A DNA stretch of 64,000 nt from Acanthaster planci (taxonomy: Eukaryota). The stretch is taken from the NCBI RefSeq assembly GCF_001949145.1, contig NW_019091358.1:2536535-2600534 (forward strand), in the 5' to 3' direction. The notes under the pieces were generated by a model. It had not been told where the DNA came from and made no database searches. It saw only the letters and a program-made list of their open reading frames with translations. The position numbers were made by a program, and so were the translations under genes. This document shows positions 12,223 to 25,500 of this stretch, one piece after another. Position 1 is the stretch's first letter, and each line of letters begins with the position of its first letter.

Positions 12223-15200
12223 GGACCTCCTACTTTAACATAAAATGTCACATTTGGACGCCATCTTGTTCTTCAATTATGGGTTGAATGGCGACAAAAA
12301 CGTATATCTCTTTTAATTAGCAAGCCTTGTATTGCACGTTTCTGGTTCCAGACTCAAAATTTGCCGCTTTCCACATATTGGGACACAAAATATCCGAGCG
12401 AATCAGCCCGATGGGACTAACATAGGGAAAAATTTCTGTATCGGAGATAATAGTTTCCTGGGAAAAAACTGGCATACCCTTGGGTAGAATCTCCGGTCTC
12501 ACTCAACTGAGAATTTCTCCTAATAGCTGTACATTTTCTAATAGCTGTACACCCATGCCAAAACGACTTATGAAACGATTCTCGGAGGTTCAGAACGATG
12601 ACCCCAATTATTGATACCAACGGCCAAGGAGTAGCGGGTGCCCCATCAGCCCTGTGAGGGGCCAAAAGAAGGCTCTATTTCCCTTGACAAATAGACAATC
12701 GAACCCTCAAGTCACGTCCCTTACAACCCCTTGAGACGTGAAGAAGGAGATTACCAGTATAATCATCCTCCCCACTCCCCACTTCAAGTGGGGAGGATGC
12801 ACACCTGTAGCCCCCCCCCCAACGATTGGCAACTCTTGGGGACTTTCTTCATTTGCAACCAACGTGTTACCAGTGCATTGTCGCATATAGCGCCACCATG
12901 CAGTTGCTAGGTTCTTTCCATGTTCCTCCAAGATGTAATTTAGCACCAAGCAACCCAATTTCTTGACAATGTTGTCTCTAAATTGCATTCAGAGGGCAGA
13001 TGAAAGGATCTTCTAGGGGTGCGTTGTGTTTTTAGGGGTTTTGCATGGAGCACAGTGTTCCAGAGTTGATGAAACCTCAGCTAAGCTAGGAGTGTAACAT
13101 AAATTCAGTCCTCCAGTGCGCTCAACAAAGAACCGCCCTCAATATACACAACCAGGAAAGGCCCTACTTATGAACACAACTGCAGACCAAATGGTAAACA
13201 AAGACCGTCAGGGTTGACTGCCGCCAGCGTCACGACGGATCCAATCCGGCTATTGTGCGCTGTCTTCCCCGCGCACGCTTGGTCGCACACGGTTCAGCAG
13301 TTTCTGTCTCGTCCTCACTTTTGACACCGTTACCGTATACATTTTCCTGGATGAAATGGTCTTCCAGGACCTATTCAATCCGATTTCAAGTCTACAAATG
13401 TTACAAACACCGGGCAGGCATTATTAAAGTAAGGGCCCTGACTGTCTCCTGTGTGCGCGAGAGGGCACATGTGCGAAATTCTTGCTTAACGATCACTGTT
13501 TAAACGTACGACAGTTTCTGTTGATCCCGTCCATTCAAGGAGTTCAGCGTGGACTGGCCGTCTGCTGTGATTTTTAATGGCTGATGCCTCAACCTTCAAG
13601 GAGCTGACGGGTACGTCAAAATTTTCTTATCATAGCAAGCCTTAGTTATTATGAGTTGTGACTCCCCTAAAAAATATTATGCAAGTGCAGTTATGAATAA
13701 ATACCATGTCTGCAGTAAGACTTGATTGAAGCTGAGTTGCCGATGGCTTTGGGTGTACATGGTCCATAGCAACCGTGTGTTCAGACGTGTTATGGTTCCA
13801 TTCCTGACAGTAGGCTGTTACAGCTAAGTACAAACCACTGAGTCGTAAAAACACTCATTCTGTTCACTGTAGGGTGACCTTTGTCGAATCATAATGTGCT
13901 GCACCTCTTAATGAATATGTTTGTTATATTTTTAGGATATTTCAAAACTCTTCGGAATAACTGTGTCCAAAGATTAAGGATGTCATGTATTCTATAATTA
14001 ACAAATGGCCTAATAAACAGTCCCATTCCTCATAACGCACCCCATCTTTGCTCATGTAAGCGGGACACGTTTTATCATGGAGGTCAAAATCTAGAATTAG
14101 TATGAGGTCCTTGTACTATTTTGAATATGTGTTGGCAACGGAAATTATTTGGCACGAACGTCTGTCCTTTGCAAATAACAAGGAGAACAAAGTTGAATGG
14201 TCTGAAATACTTCAAATCATGAATCTATAACAAGCTGAATATCCATGTATGAATAGAGAAATATTCCGAGCAGATCTCAAACCACAGCCAGTGTTGAATC
14301 CTCTGTTTTGTTTTGTTTTTACAATCTGTGCCGTCACCGGAGCAATGTTCAAGTAGGTCCTAAAACATTACCCTGCTATTTATCAAGAGTGTCAGCTTCC
14401 AAACATTGAAACTGTCATTCCTTCGGTTACATTTGAGTGCTTTAGTATTATTTTTTCATTTATTCCGCTGCCACATTTCGCAATTATTTTCCCATCACGA
14501 TAAGTTTAGCCTTTGTATCCACGCCAGTCTTGCGCTAGATGATAACGTCCCATTTAATGCATGTTTGTTTAGCCGATATTTGAGTACACATATCTTGTTG
14601 ACGAGCAACGGAATATCTGCTTTGCTTTGTCTTTGACAGTTGTGGCATACCTCGTCTGTGCGTAAGGCTCTGAATGGACAGAACTCTGCACCAAAGGTAA
14701 GGCATTTTATTTCAAGAGAAGTTTCGTCTTAGGTGCTTCCACAGACAAAAAATAGCACGGCCTTCATACCCTTCACTTGGGCCAGATTTCAGAGTGTTGC
14801 TGATCACGCAAATCAGCAACACGAACATGAGCCTTTAACATGAAAGAATATACATTTATAAAGTTAGGCCTCATGTTAAACACTACTTCCCTTTGTTAAA
14901 ATGCGGTTCCATTTTCTGCTTGAAGTACTGTGTGAAAGTTACGCAGGTAATATGTGGTCTCCTGTAATTGAAATGCTCTTTGGATTTTAATGTTTTTGTG
15001 ATGTCCAAATGTATAATACATCGCGGGGAATAGAAATGCGTACAGCAACAGGCTTTATTCAACGGATTTTGTGCTCATTTTTAATTGCTGAAAGCGGAAC
15101 ATCGACCAAATTTTATAATTTTCCAGAGTGGTAGCGCGTTATCATTTTACTCTCTATTCCTACTTCAATTTATACTGTCTTGACTCTGAAATATTTTACC

Positions 15201-16524
15201 ATCAAATTAAAATTTTGGTTTTCTTCAAGTGAGGCCCATAGCAGAAACGTGTATATTTCTGTAACGTAAACTGAGCTTTACTGCAACAATGAGATGATCC
15301 TGTTTACCCACTAACGCAGCTCCTGCTTTAACAAAGATTCACAAAAACTCTTCTCTCAACCATATATGTGCATAAACAATTGTATTTGAACTGATCTGAA
15401 GTTATCCAAATCGTACACATCGAACTGTGAACGGAATACAGCTCTACGTAGGGGAGCAAAATTCGTTTTGTATTACGAAATATAATATCTGTTTATGTAT
15501 GTCTCTCGCTGGACCAAAACTTGCAAGAATCTTGTAAGTGTAGTAGGTTTTCAGTTCTTGCCTGTGGACACAGACTGTGTTTTCAAAACACGAATTCGTC
15601 TGGCTGGAGTCCGTGAATTAAAGTGCCATTGATTTCCCTATTGATTTGGGGTTCTTTCTGTCAATGCCGGTTAATGGTTAGCAGCATTATTGATACCCAA
15701 TTGTGTCTCGTCTTCTAGCCTCTAGACGCAATTCCAGATATTTTCACTGTCGTTAATTAATTCAACTCGCATTAATGAACATAAACAGAAGTGGAACACT
15801 TTTTGTCAGTGTTTTGAAAGAACAGTGAGCACACACGATTACTTGGTCGTTTGATTTCTTAATTTCTCACGGTATTCCGTCTTTCAATCATTTCTCCGCA
15901 TTGCCAACCACGTTTTTTAATTAGACAAGAGTGGGAAATTTGTGATCGTAGTTATGAGTGCATAAATCACGCAAGTTGACTCTGCAAACAGTTTGCGTTG
16001 AAAGTGTCCTAGTTGACACGTGCTTTGTTGTATTCAGGGTTTTTTAAGCGACTGGTGTCCACACGTCTGTGGCCATTTTTCACTGTTAAGCCTAAATTTC
16101 ACCATCATGTGAGCGGGATATCGATTCTGATTCCCCCCCCCCGCGGCTGTTTGTTTCCACTGTGTGACTTGTCACCTGGCGGAATGAAGTCAAAGGAGTG
16201 TGCAATGTCTTCAATGATTGTTGGAAATTGTTAAAGAAATTATCACTGTCCCCTCTTTCCACTTGGCAACCGGGTCAGAATTATCTGCACCCGGTTTTAA
16301 AACAGAATAGAATCCATCGATCTTTAAGAAAGCAAATGAAGGCCACAAGTACTGGAAAATATAATAACTTCGCTAACAAAGATAACACTGATGGACGCTA
16401 TACTGTAGGCTGTGGTCAAACGAGATTGTCTACCACTGATTAAATTGGGTATATGTTCAGCATAAGCTTCATTCAAACAATTTGCAGTGTTTATTTGGCT
16501 GTGCTCAACTTTAGTGATGAAAAC

Positions 16525-16720
16525 AAAAAGAGTAAAAGCCACTCTAAAGAGTGAAAACCACTCAAACAGTGAAATTTCCTCTCTGCCAAGGAGCCATATA
16601 AAGGACAACCCGAAAATGGACGACTCGAAAAAGATTGGTCCCTTATATGACTTCTCTTTAGAGTGATTTCCACTCGTTTAGGGTGGTTTTTCACTCTTTT
16701 AGAGTGGTTTTTACACTTTT
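16525..16720. repeat. Degenerate foldback element with internal CACTCT/AGAGTG sub-repeats
   Basis: AAAAGCCACTCTAAAGAGTGAAAACCACTC...GAGCCATATAAAGGAC is mirrored by GTCCCTTATATGACTTC...GGTGGTTTTTCACTCTTTTAGAGTGGTTTTT. Confidence 0.6.
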
Positions 16721-19700
16721 CTAGAGGATTTATGAGGGACTCATTCTTTTAGAGAGCGAGTTTTCCAGTCTTTTGCCTTTATGGAGAGTTATGGACCCAC
16801 GGGTGAAAACACAGCATGCTCATATAGCGTTGCGCCGAAGTTTAACGTCTTCATAATTATACCCGTTTATTTTCTCCATACTTAACCACCTGTTGTATAA
16901 GTACAAGTGTAGTCCTACGCGTGTATTCCGTGTCTTCCCATCACGCAGGAACTCAAATTTCTCAACCTTTCGATTCGTCATGTCAGAACCATTTTTATAC
17001 TCGCATGACCAGACCGCAGAACACAGCGCTGTTTTATTCCTCCATGGTCTGATGAAGAGTCTAGTTTGACTAATCGTTTTAATCGTCATCCTTCCAGAAA
17101 GCTCAATGTAGTCCCTAAGTAATCCTCTTTGGGGTAAAAAAGAGCCCCTTGAAGCTATAGACTCTCCAGTTCTGTAAGCAATGCCTCGTCAGCTTACCGC
17201 CCCGGCTTATGGAAAACGGCTTACAGTCCATAACAAACGTGTCCGTTGCTGTGGTCGAAGGCTCTGTTTGTGTACGCAAGTATATGTCTTATAGGTTGTT
17301 AACGCCCGTATAGAAAAAAGGATTCCGGGTAGTCACAGCTGACATTTGAAGCAAGATATGGGACGGAGAGAACCCCCCTTTTGTGTTGGTCATTGTTTGA
17401 TCGGAATCACAGAAATTCTTTACAGACTTCTGGGGGGGATGTGTTAGGTAACAATAGTCTACAGTGTGTATTGGACATGTGGGGGGGTACCCTCCGTCCC
17501 ATATCTTGCCTGGTATAAAGGCTGATGCGAAATAAATGGGGTACAAAATAAGATCCAGTCATTAAATATGGAGGAACCGTGTCCCAGAATGCCCTCAACC
17601 CACACCACACGGTTCTGCCCTTGCATGGGTGTGTGGTTTGCTGCCACGATTTACGTTCGTTCTTTTTTGTTGAAATGGTTAATTAAAAAAGAATATAACA
17701 CTCTCATAAAGTAAATAACTCCCACCCTCTGTGGGCAGAATCCTGATAAAAATCGGAAAATAACGTTCATTTTCTACAACAGATAATTCATCGGTGTGTT
17801 TCTGAAAAAGGTTTGTGTTGAACTAAATCTCCAAGCTTCAGGGAAATTCCTTTGTCCCTTTTACTAATGGTGTCAGCTGGCTTATATGTGCGTCCCTTTG
17901 AATTGATCCTTCTATATAGGTATCTAGGTATAAAATTTATTTCCACCGAATCCATCAACAACCGAATATTCAACCCAATGCTGCGGCTGGAAATTTCAAT
18001 TCAGGATTTTCTTTCACACTCAAAATTCTCGTCAGCTGGGGTGAGAATTTAAGGAAGGTTCGCGGTACAAGAGCCCTCAATAAGAGGGATCGATATTGCT
18101 TAGGTGAGTTGTGATTCGGAAATTGGGATCTTTTTTGCAACAGGTGCAGTGGCCTGTCTCATTTGATTAGAGCCGCCCAGCATGCCACCGACGAATTAGT
18201 GTGTCTGCTATTTACAAGCTCTTTCCATTGTCCCATCGCCCTTATACGGAAATCTGTTCTCTCTCCTGTAAAGTGTGAACCTGATAATAAATGTGGATCT
18301 CTGTCAAGGCAGAGAAGCGATTAAATAGAACGCAATCCTGACGTTAGTTCTCCTTACACCCCACTCATTTGCCTAGAATCGTATACCTAAGGCAAAGATC
18401 ATACATACTGTAGATTCTTGCTGATCTGAGATGACTTGTGTATGCATAGATATATGTGCATCACATACAAATTCTCGCACTTCGGTGCAGGCTATTCAAT
18501 CAGTATCTCTGCACTCACTCACCCAGCTGAAGCCCAAACCAGTACTGGGGTATAGAACCCGGGAGGAGGGGTACGGAGAGTGAATGATATGTTCCTTCAC
18601 TCTGAAACTCCCTGGGTCATATTGATCCCGAGCATGAACCGTGAGTTGCTATGTCCTTTTCCTGGTGAAAACCCACAATTTTCGGGTCTAAATTACCCGA
18701 TAGCATTCATTTTGACCCGACTTCAACCTCTGGGTTACTTTGGCCGAGCAGATAGAGTGAGACAAATTTTCAAAAATCCCCAACATATACAAAATTGACA
18801 ATTTTGCAGTCGTTCATTTCTGGACACCCTGAAGCCTGTCATGTAGGCCCCCTGCATGTAACTTCAAACATAGGTGGCTGAAGGCCCCTAGGATTTTTTA
18901 TTTATTTCTTAACAAGTATACTACTCGGGTGAACGTATTGTTATTTTAAGGTTTCGTGCGATTCGTGATCACATTTTTGACATGAAATTTCCTGACCAAA
19001 AGGCTTAAAACATACATGTACATAGAATGCATCTCTGATGATAGACACCTTCCTTGAATATGTTATCACTATATTATGGTCGGGGTATGATTTGCAGGTT
19101 TAAGTCCGTAGAATGCTTACAAATTACAGCAACCCTGTCACACGTTTTGGTTGGTTTGGTTTTGGTTGACTGCAAAAACAGTTTGTGCCACTGATTTATC
19201 TGACAATGCGTGTACATATAGCATTTGAAAATAGAGAGACACGGCAAGCAAATGTATATTATGCTAAAAGGGACATCAAAGGCAGTCCCAGTCAACGGGC
19301 AACAATGTGACTTTAGGCCTTTTGTATCCTGCTGCCTCTCACCTACGTCAGACATTAAACACCGTTGCTAGTGAACCCCGAGAGCTGGGTAAATATTGTT
19401 TGCCGTGCCCATTCAAAGGGCTCCCTGCCTTTGCCAACAACGCTTCTTTCATTGACTTCTGCCGATTGTGGGTGCGTAAACACAACGGTCTTGAGTGCCA
19501 AATGATACCCAATTTTGTAGAATGTTTCCACACCCCGTAGCATTGACTTGTTTATGGTATCAACAGCCGAATGTGGGTCCCATAACGAGCTGGGTGATTG
19601 AGCAAAGAATTAGAATTCGCCAATTCACACAAACTGTTAGAATCACAAGTTATATAGATTCTAATCACATAAATTGCTGCGTATGTACAATACCCCCAAC

Positions 19701-20607
19701 TTTTTCAAAACGTAAAATCCAAAGTCTGTTTGTTGACTGTTTACTTGCCTGAAGGGAGGGGCGTGCACTACCACCAAATAAATCCAACCCCTGCTAACAG
19801 GTTGCAGACCAGTAAATATTTAAACTGTCATAGACAACTGTGATAAATAATCTCACTTTAAGAAAAAATGGGAAAAGCAAACATTTAGTTATATATGTGA
19901 TTTCCCATCTTTCATTTTCCAATCGATTTTAATGTTCTAATCGGGAACTTTTGGAGAGATTTCCATCAAAAGATGATCACCCCCTAAAAATAGACACGAA
20001 ACCCACCACTATTTAGAAAATTGATGCCTACGCTCCAGTGGAGAAAAGTTTGAATCCCCATGTCCACATTTCAAACAAGCTGTCAGTCCTGTTGGTGGTA
20101 TCCACCCTCTCTCCAAAGCTGACAAGCCTTCAGTTTACTACTTCGAGCCTACTTACCGACCTAGAGTCGTGGTTTCCAACATATATTGATCTTTATTACC
20201 TAGAGGGCTTTAGTTGTTCTAAGGCTGTTTCTTTAATGTTTCCTCTGCAGATGTCGATGCATCTTTTTCCACCAAGTGGCGATCAATGGGAGGCAATATG
20301 ACCATCTGAGTGACACGGATGATATCCCACCATAACAGCAAGCTGAAGGGGGTCCAACTTCAAGCAAGATCACTTCAGAGGGATCCATGGACTAGAATTT
20401 GGAGTGGAGGAGCGGCCAGATGGAGATGTAGTGCCTCTCTAGTGATTATGCTTTCCTACATCTTGTCACGGTGATACCTCCATAGTTCTCAAAAGACATG
20501 CAGTAGCAGGATGGTCACCGAAAGAAATGGTTATCTGGTGATGACAGATTTTTCATTTCCTGAACTTTTCAGTATTCCAGACTGGAAAAATAAATCCAAG
20601 TTAGGTC

Positions 20608-22578
20608 ATGAATGTTGGGGCCATGATGCCGCACGATAGCCGAAGCTTACCGGCTATCAGCCAGCGTCACGCCAGCACGCTACCGGTACTTAACGGTTCC
20701 CGGGGTGTTCTCGACCGGGGAAGCGCCTCTGGGTTTGTCGGTGCTGTGACGAGATTCACCAGCAGAGATTTTTCCTACGGGAGAGACAGCGTAGGGAAAT
20801 CGAGCAGTAGCAGTGACAGTAGGGTATCTGACTACTCCGATCAGACACCCGCACAGGGTGTATCTCAGTCTTACGCTGGTGGCGAGCTGAGTCATCAGTA
20901 CAACCACAAGGCCCAGTTCAACGCCGGAGGTTCAGAACAGTCACAACTCATGACTCACAACTTCCTACCACGTCTCGTTGACGACCAGGGTCTTCTGAGA
21001 CCTTCCAACTCTGGCAAGGGGAGGGCTGCGTTCTCCTCCAGATCGCTGGAAATCTTACCCAGCCGGGATCTGATATCGGAAGAACTTCGGATGCGCACCA
21101 TCTCCCTGCCAAGCCTGAGAAGTCGTCGTAAACATGAATGCAGGGCTAGAGTTGCCCTGTCGGACCGCGAGGAAGACAGTTACACCACCGAAGATTCCAG
21201 CGAAGCGGAGAGCCCCATTGTTGAAATTGATCCCTTCCCGAACGTCGGGGGGGACTCGTATCCCAGCAACTGGTTACTCCCCGACTTCCTGCCTCCCCAC
21301 CTCAAACCGTGGACGCCAGGGGTGCGCAAGACCAAACCCAAGCGCAGTCACAGGAACGCGGAGGCAGAAAAGAAGAGGAAGGAGATGGAGGCTCTGGCGG
21401 CCAAAGAACACAAGCGGAAGGCCCAGAGCAAATCGCGTCATCCCCGGCGGCGCTCCGTTCGTAAAGACGCTTTCGCCCGGAAGAGTGAGAGTGAAGTGGC
21501 AAAACGCTACCCTGTCCGGAAGCAATTCGTTTACTCGGAGCTCGTGCAAGTCGAGCTGGAAAAACTCACTCCTAAGCGATTGCCGGGAGGCAAACTCAAA
21601 CCCATCTATAACAGACGGACGCCAGAGGGCGACATTGACATCCCTAGAGAGCTCCACATTTCGCTGGATAGCTTATCCCTTAGACCCGGCGATGAACGAA
21701 TCGATTTCTCAGACTCACCGGCAGCGATTAACAAAAGACGGAAACAAGAACTGCAAGCTTTGCTCGAAAGGAGAAAGAAAATACAGCGCCAGATGGTCCA
21801 CAAAAAGAAGCGAAAAGTCCACTTTCTCCTTCCGGAAGAAGAGAAGCGCAAACACGAGGTCAGAGAGCAGGTCAACGCTGTAGACAGCTTCAACAACAAG
21901 CCTCGGTCTAGAAGTACTTCTCCCGGTCAAAGTTCAAACAGTGGCGTTGAGGAGGTTGCAAAGGAAGGTGATGATCAAATGGATGATGGGCAAGCAAATT
22001 CACCCGGCCAGTCAGGAAATCGCAATCCCGGTGACGTCATAACAGACGCAATTTATATCGAACAACGCGAGTACAGAAAAGATCGAACTAGTAACTGGGT
22101 GGCCAATCATATCACCCAGAATTTGCCCCAAACTCTTGACAATCAGGCTAGTAAAAATGACAATAACAGCATCCATGCAAATCAGAATTCACTTGCACCA
22201 GATCCCGAAAAGGTCAGTGAGCCCAGCCAAAGTCAGTCAAATTATGCTGCAAACAGCAGTTCAACCTTGCCTCCCGACCCATACATCTCCAGAGAGAGTG
22301 CCTACGACTCGGACGTCAACTCTAACCGACAGATGAAGGGAACACCTCCCAGCAACAATCGAAGCACATCGGCAGGGAAACGCAAGCTTCTCTCAGTGGA
22401 CGACAACGTAGCACAGGCCGCTCAACTCAACCCTCTGCCAGGAATACAGCCCGACTCACCTCTCTCTCGGGACGACGGTGTCTTTGTGGATACTCAGCCC
22501 TCTGCGGATTCTGGTACGGTGCGAGAAATCAAGTTCCTCTCGGAGCGACTTCCGAGTATCATTATATCAGACACGTGA
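20608..22578 (+). CDS. Uncharacterised 656-aa protein encoded by one coding exon; low-complexity/disordered with basic, possibly coiled-coil segments
   Basis: 1971-nt uninterrupted ORF, more GC/CpG-rich than its flanks. In-frame TAG at 20602-20604 just upstream of the ATG; AATAAA motifs near 22652 and 22669. Ser-rich ends and K/R/E-rich middle. No domain recognised. Confidence 0.8.
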   Translation: MNVGAMMPHDSRSLPAISQRHASTLPVLNGSRGVLDRGSASGFVGAVTRFTSRDFSYGRDSVGKSSSSSDSRVSDYSDQTPAQGVSQSYAGGELSHQYNHKAQFNAGGSEQSQLMTHNFLPRLVDDQGLLRPSNSGKGRAAFSSRSLEILPSRDLISEELRMRTISLPSLRSRRKHECRARVALSDREEDSYTTEDSSEAESPIVEIDPFPNVGGDSYPSNWLLPDFLPPHLKPWTPGVRKTKPKRSHRNAEAEKKRKEMEALAAKEHKRKAQSKSRHPRRRSVRKDAFARKSESEVAKRYPVRKQFVYSELVQVELEKLTPKRLPGGKLKPIYNRRTPEGDIDIPRELHISLDSLSLRPGDERIDFSDSPAAINKRRKQELQALLERRKKIQRQMVHKKKRKVHFLLPEEEKRKHEVREQVNAVDSFNNKPRSRSTSPGQSSNSGVEEVAKEGDDQMDDGQANSPGQSGNRNPGDVITDAIYIEQREYRKDRTSNWVANHITQNLPQTLDNQASKNDNNSIHANQNSLAPDPEKVSEPSQSQSNYAANSSSTLPPDPYISRESAYDSDVNSNRQMKGTPPSNNRSTSAGKRKLLSVDDNVAQAAQLNPLPGIQPDSPLSRDDGVFVDTQPSADSGTVREIKFLSERLPSIIISDT

Positions 22579-25500
22579 CCCCATCAAAGGGCACATATAA
22601 GACCGGTAACGGTGTACTGAGGACATTCAGAATGACTTCTATTCTGTTAGAAATAAATATTGACGCTTAATAAAAACAAACCTGCCATTCCATCTGCCTG
22701 TATTTCGTCCTGCTCAAAGAAATTAACATGTCATGCAAATAATGTTTCCAAAGAAAGAGATTGAAACATCGTTCAAATATAGACCTAGAGTTCTTTAGAC
22801 CTCAAACCTACTACATCTATACACTTTTCTCAAGCTATTGTTTACGAATTTTAGAAAGCTTTTATTTTTGAGTATTAAAGTGTAAATTGTCGATCCTGAT
22901 ATTTTTGTCTCAAATCATATGATAATATTTTTGAGTATTTGTGTTGGGGATCTTGGCATTACGTTTCAATTTAGATAACGAGAAGTTAGACGTTTCAATT
23001 TAGATAACAAGCAGATAGGAAGTAAAGATTTGCATAAAGCTGGAAGTTTCTGTTAATCTGTGTCCAAATTCACAACAATATAGCTTCAGCACGTCATTTT
23101 TTGAATAGTACTTCGGTTTGTGCAAGAAATGGGCGCCAGCAATGCTTCATTGTAGTATTTTCTTCATTTGAAACAAGGATTATCTTCATCTATATCACTG
23201 TAAGCAGAGAAGAAGTCACAAGTTATGACGCATAGCTGGACATTGAGTGATTTGCGCAGTGTTGTATTGGAGTCCATCAGAAGTCCCTGCAAGTCCCTCA
23301 CTCTTAATAAGCCAGTTCACAAGCTATTCACGTGAATTGTGACAAAAGCTTTCTTTTGTCATTGTTCACCCTGTTAATTATTGCTTGCCTAGTGAAGGGA
23401 CTTGTGACTTAACTCCAACACCAGAGTTGCAACAGCTTCAGATTTTGGAAACAAACTGGCTGGTCGTTATGAGTGCCTACAGAGAGCGTGGCTATTGTAT
23501 ACCAACTATTCCTGCGAAATGGTGCGTACACCTGCCACTTTGTTTATAACAATGGTGGTCGTGTGTCGCAGTTCTGTCCATTCACGGCTTTGCATGGATT
23601 GACAGAGCCAACGGCATTTCATTTGGGTGTTATGAATTGTTAATTGATATCAGTGTTGATTTTTTTCCCTTCATATGTGCCTTTTGCGTCAGAAAGTAAA
23701 AACATGTTTAAAGAATTATAAATTTCCAACAATTCTGTTTGACAATGTTACTTTATTTTTCAAACACCCCTCTGGCCAATTTATAGTATGGTCCTGTCGC
23801 GAGTAGTCATGAAGAATCGCCTTCTGTTTGCATAATAGTACTACGCAGACAGGCTCAGGCGTTGTACTACTTTAGTGAGATGACGGAGAACGAACTGAGC
23901 CAGTGGCGAGGGACATTTCGAAGTCATAGGGGTCTGATGCGTTGCGCTCTCACGTCGAGCTTTGAACCGACCTTTACTATTGAAACTTGAAACGTGTTAA
24001 TTAAATACTTCTTTCTAATCAGTGTGCCATAACTATGATGTATGAGGTATTTGAAAATCAATAATAAAATAATTTGTTGATTGTCCAAATTAGCTCTCCG
24101 ATGTTTTTGGAAGTTCCTGGGGGAACTGGTTTTCTAACTTCAAAATGCCCAAGGTAGCTGATATTGACTCTCCACCCGAAAAAATTACCCTACATGTATT
24201 AATAGTAACAACCCTTAGCCGTTTTTTTTTCAGTCTGCTTTGAGTAACGAAAAACATCGGAGAGACTTCCTCCTTTAATGTAAAAATTCCCCCACCACCG
24301 ATAAGTTCATTGTTCTATACCTCAGGAATAATGTGGCAAATAAAACAATCCACCCTAAACTTCGAAGCAATTCTTTTTGGGGGGGTACTCCCCATTCCAC
24401 TTACTCTTCATGTGTACAAGGTAGGCCTACTGACGGGATAGAGCGTTTGGTTTGGGAATTGAGGTCACCTGACCAGGCCCAACTTGATTATGCGCAGAAT
24501 GGAGTGCTAGTCCGCCCCGAGTGGAACAAGCAACGACACCCCTGGAGTGGGAATTTACTGCGCGTGCAATGGCTAAAGGGTGCACCCCTAAAAATAAATT
24601 CCCACAAACACAAACGATAAATCCTGTTATTTCAAAATTATTTTATAATGCAACTATCACAGGTGTCCAAGCTGGACAGCAAAATGATGTTCCACGTGTC
24701 CTTTTTCATTTTTCTGTTCAATTGTTCGTGGTTTGACAGATGAATTTTTGAGAAATCTCACCCAAAGCAGACCGCCCCTGAATTGGAATAATTTTCATTA
24801 CCTGAAAAAGGAGCCATTTTGGACATGCATCCCTCTGCAAAACGTCTAAATAGTGGCACATCTAACTTACTCAGCATTGGAAGCCCTGAGTCCGGGCCTG
24901 ATGTTCAGTGCCAATATTCCTTCAATTTCCCAATTCCATGGTTAAAGAATAGTTTGAATGTATAAATTTTATTAATGAGCTCGACGGACATTTTTCTGGC
25001 CTACATATATTTGCGTGAGTTCACCCTAAAAATGGTTCCCCAACCTGTCTCTCGTTTGCCGATGAGGGTGCACTTCAACTTGGGGAGTTTTGTAGTTTCG
25101 AAAGTTTACACAAATCACAGCAAGAAGTTTGTAGTCGGGGTATTCGAGTTTTCCACAATGTCTTATTTGTGATCAATGTGTTGGACAAATTGAAGATTTT
25201 ACATTTGGCAAGATAGTTAAAACAATGGTGTCAAGACGTCCGGATGTATACGTTAATTATATGTATTGTGTGTAACCTTCAAACATTACAAGTTTGCGCG
25301 TGCTTGACAACAAAATTGCAGAATAGCTCTTAGCCATTTGAAAATTGAAAGCAATGTTAACTTTTCATTTTGGGAGCCTGAGAGCAATAAAATAAAAATT
25401 CATTACAAATTGATAACAATCAGCAGTGACAAATAAAATATATGGTTCAACATATCTTAGATTTAAGACGCATATTTATAAACTGAAACGAGGCTTTCAT

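Noticed and set aside
21649..21663. ELHIS as a pLxIS IRF-recruiting motif in the orphan protein
   Set aside because: The motif is too short and degenerate to support; proximity to an NLR is not evidence.
21134..21883. 249-aa overlapping +1-frame ORF inside the 656-aa gene
   Set aside because: Expected in GC-rich coding sequence; R/S/T-rich with no motif, and unsupported without Ribo-seq.
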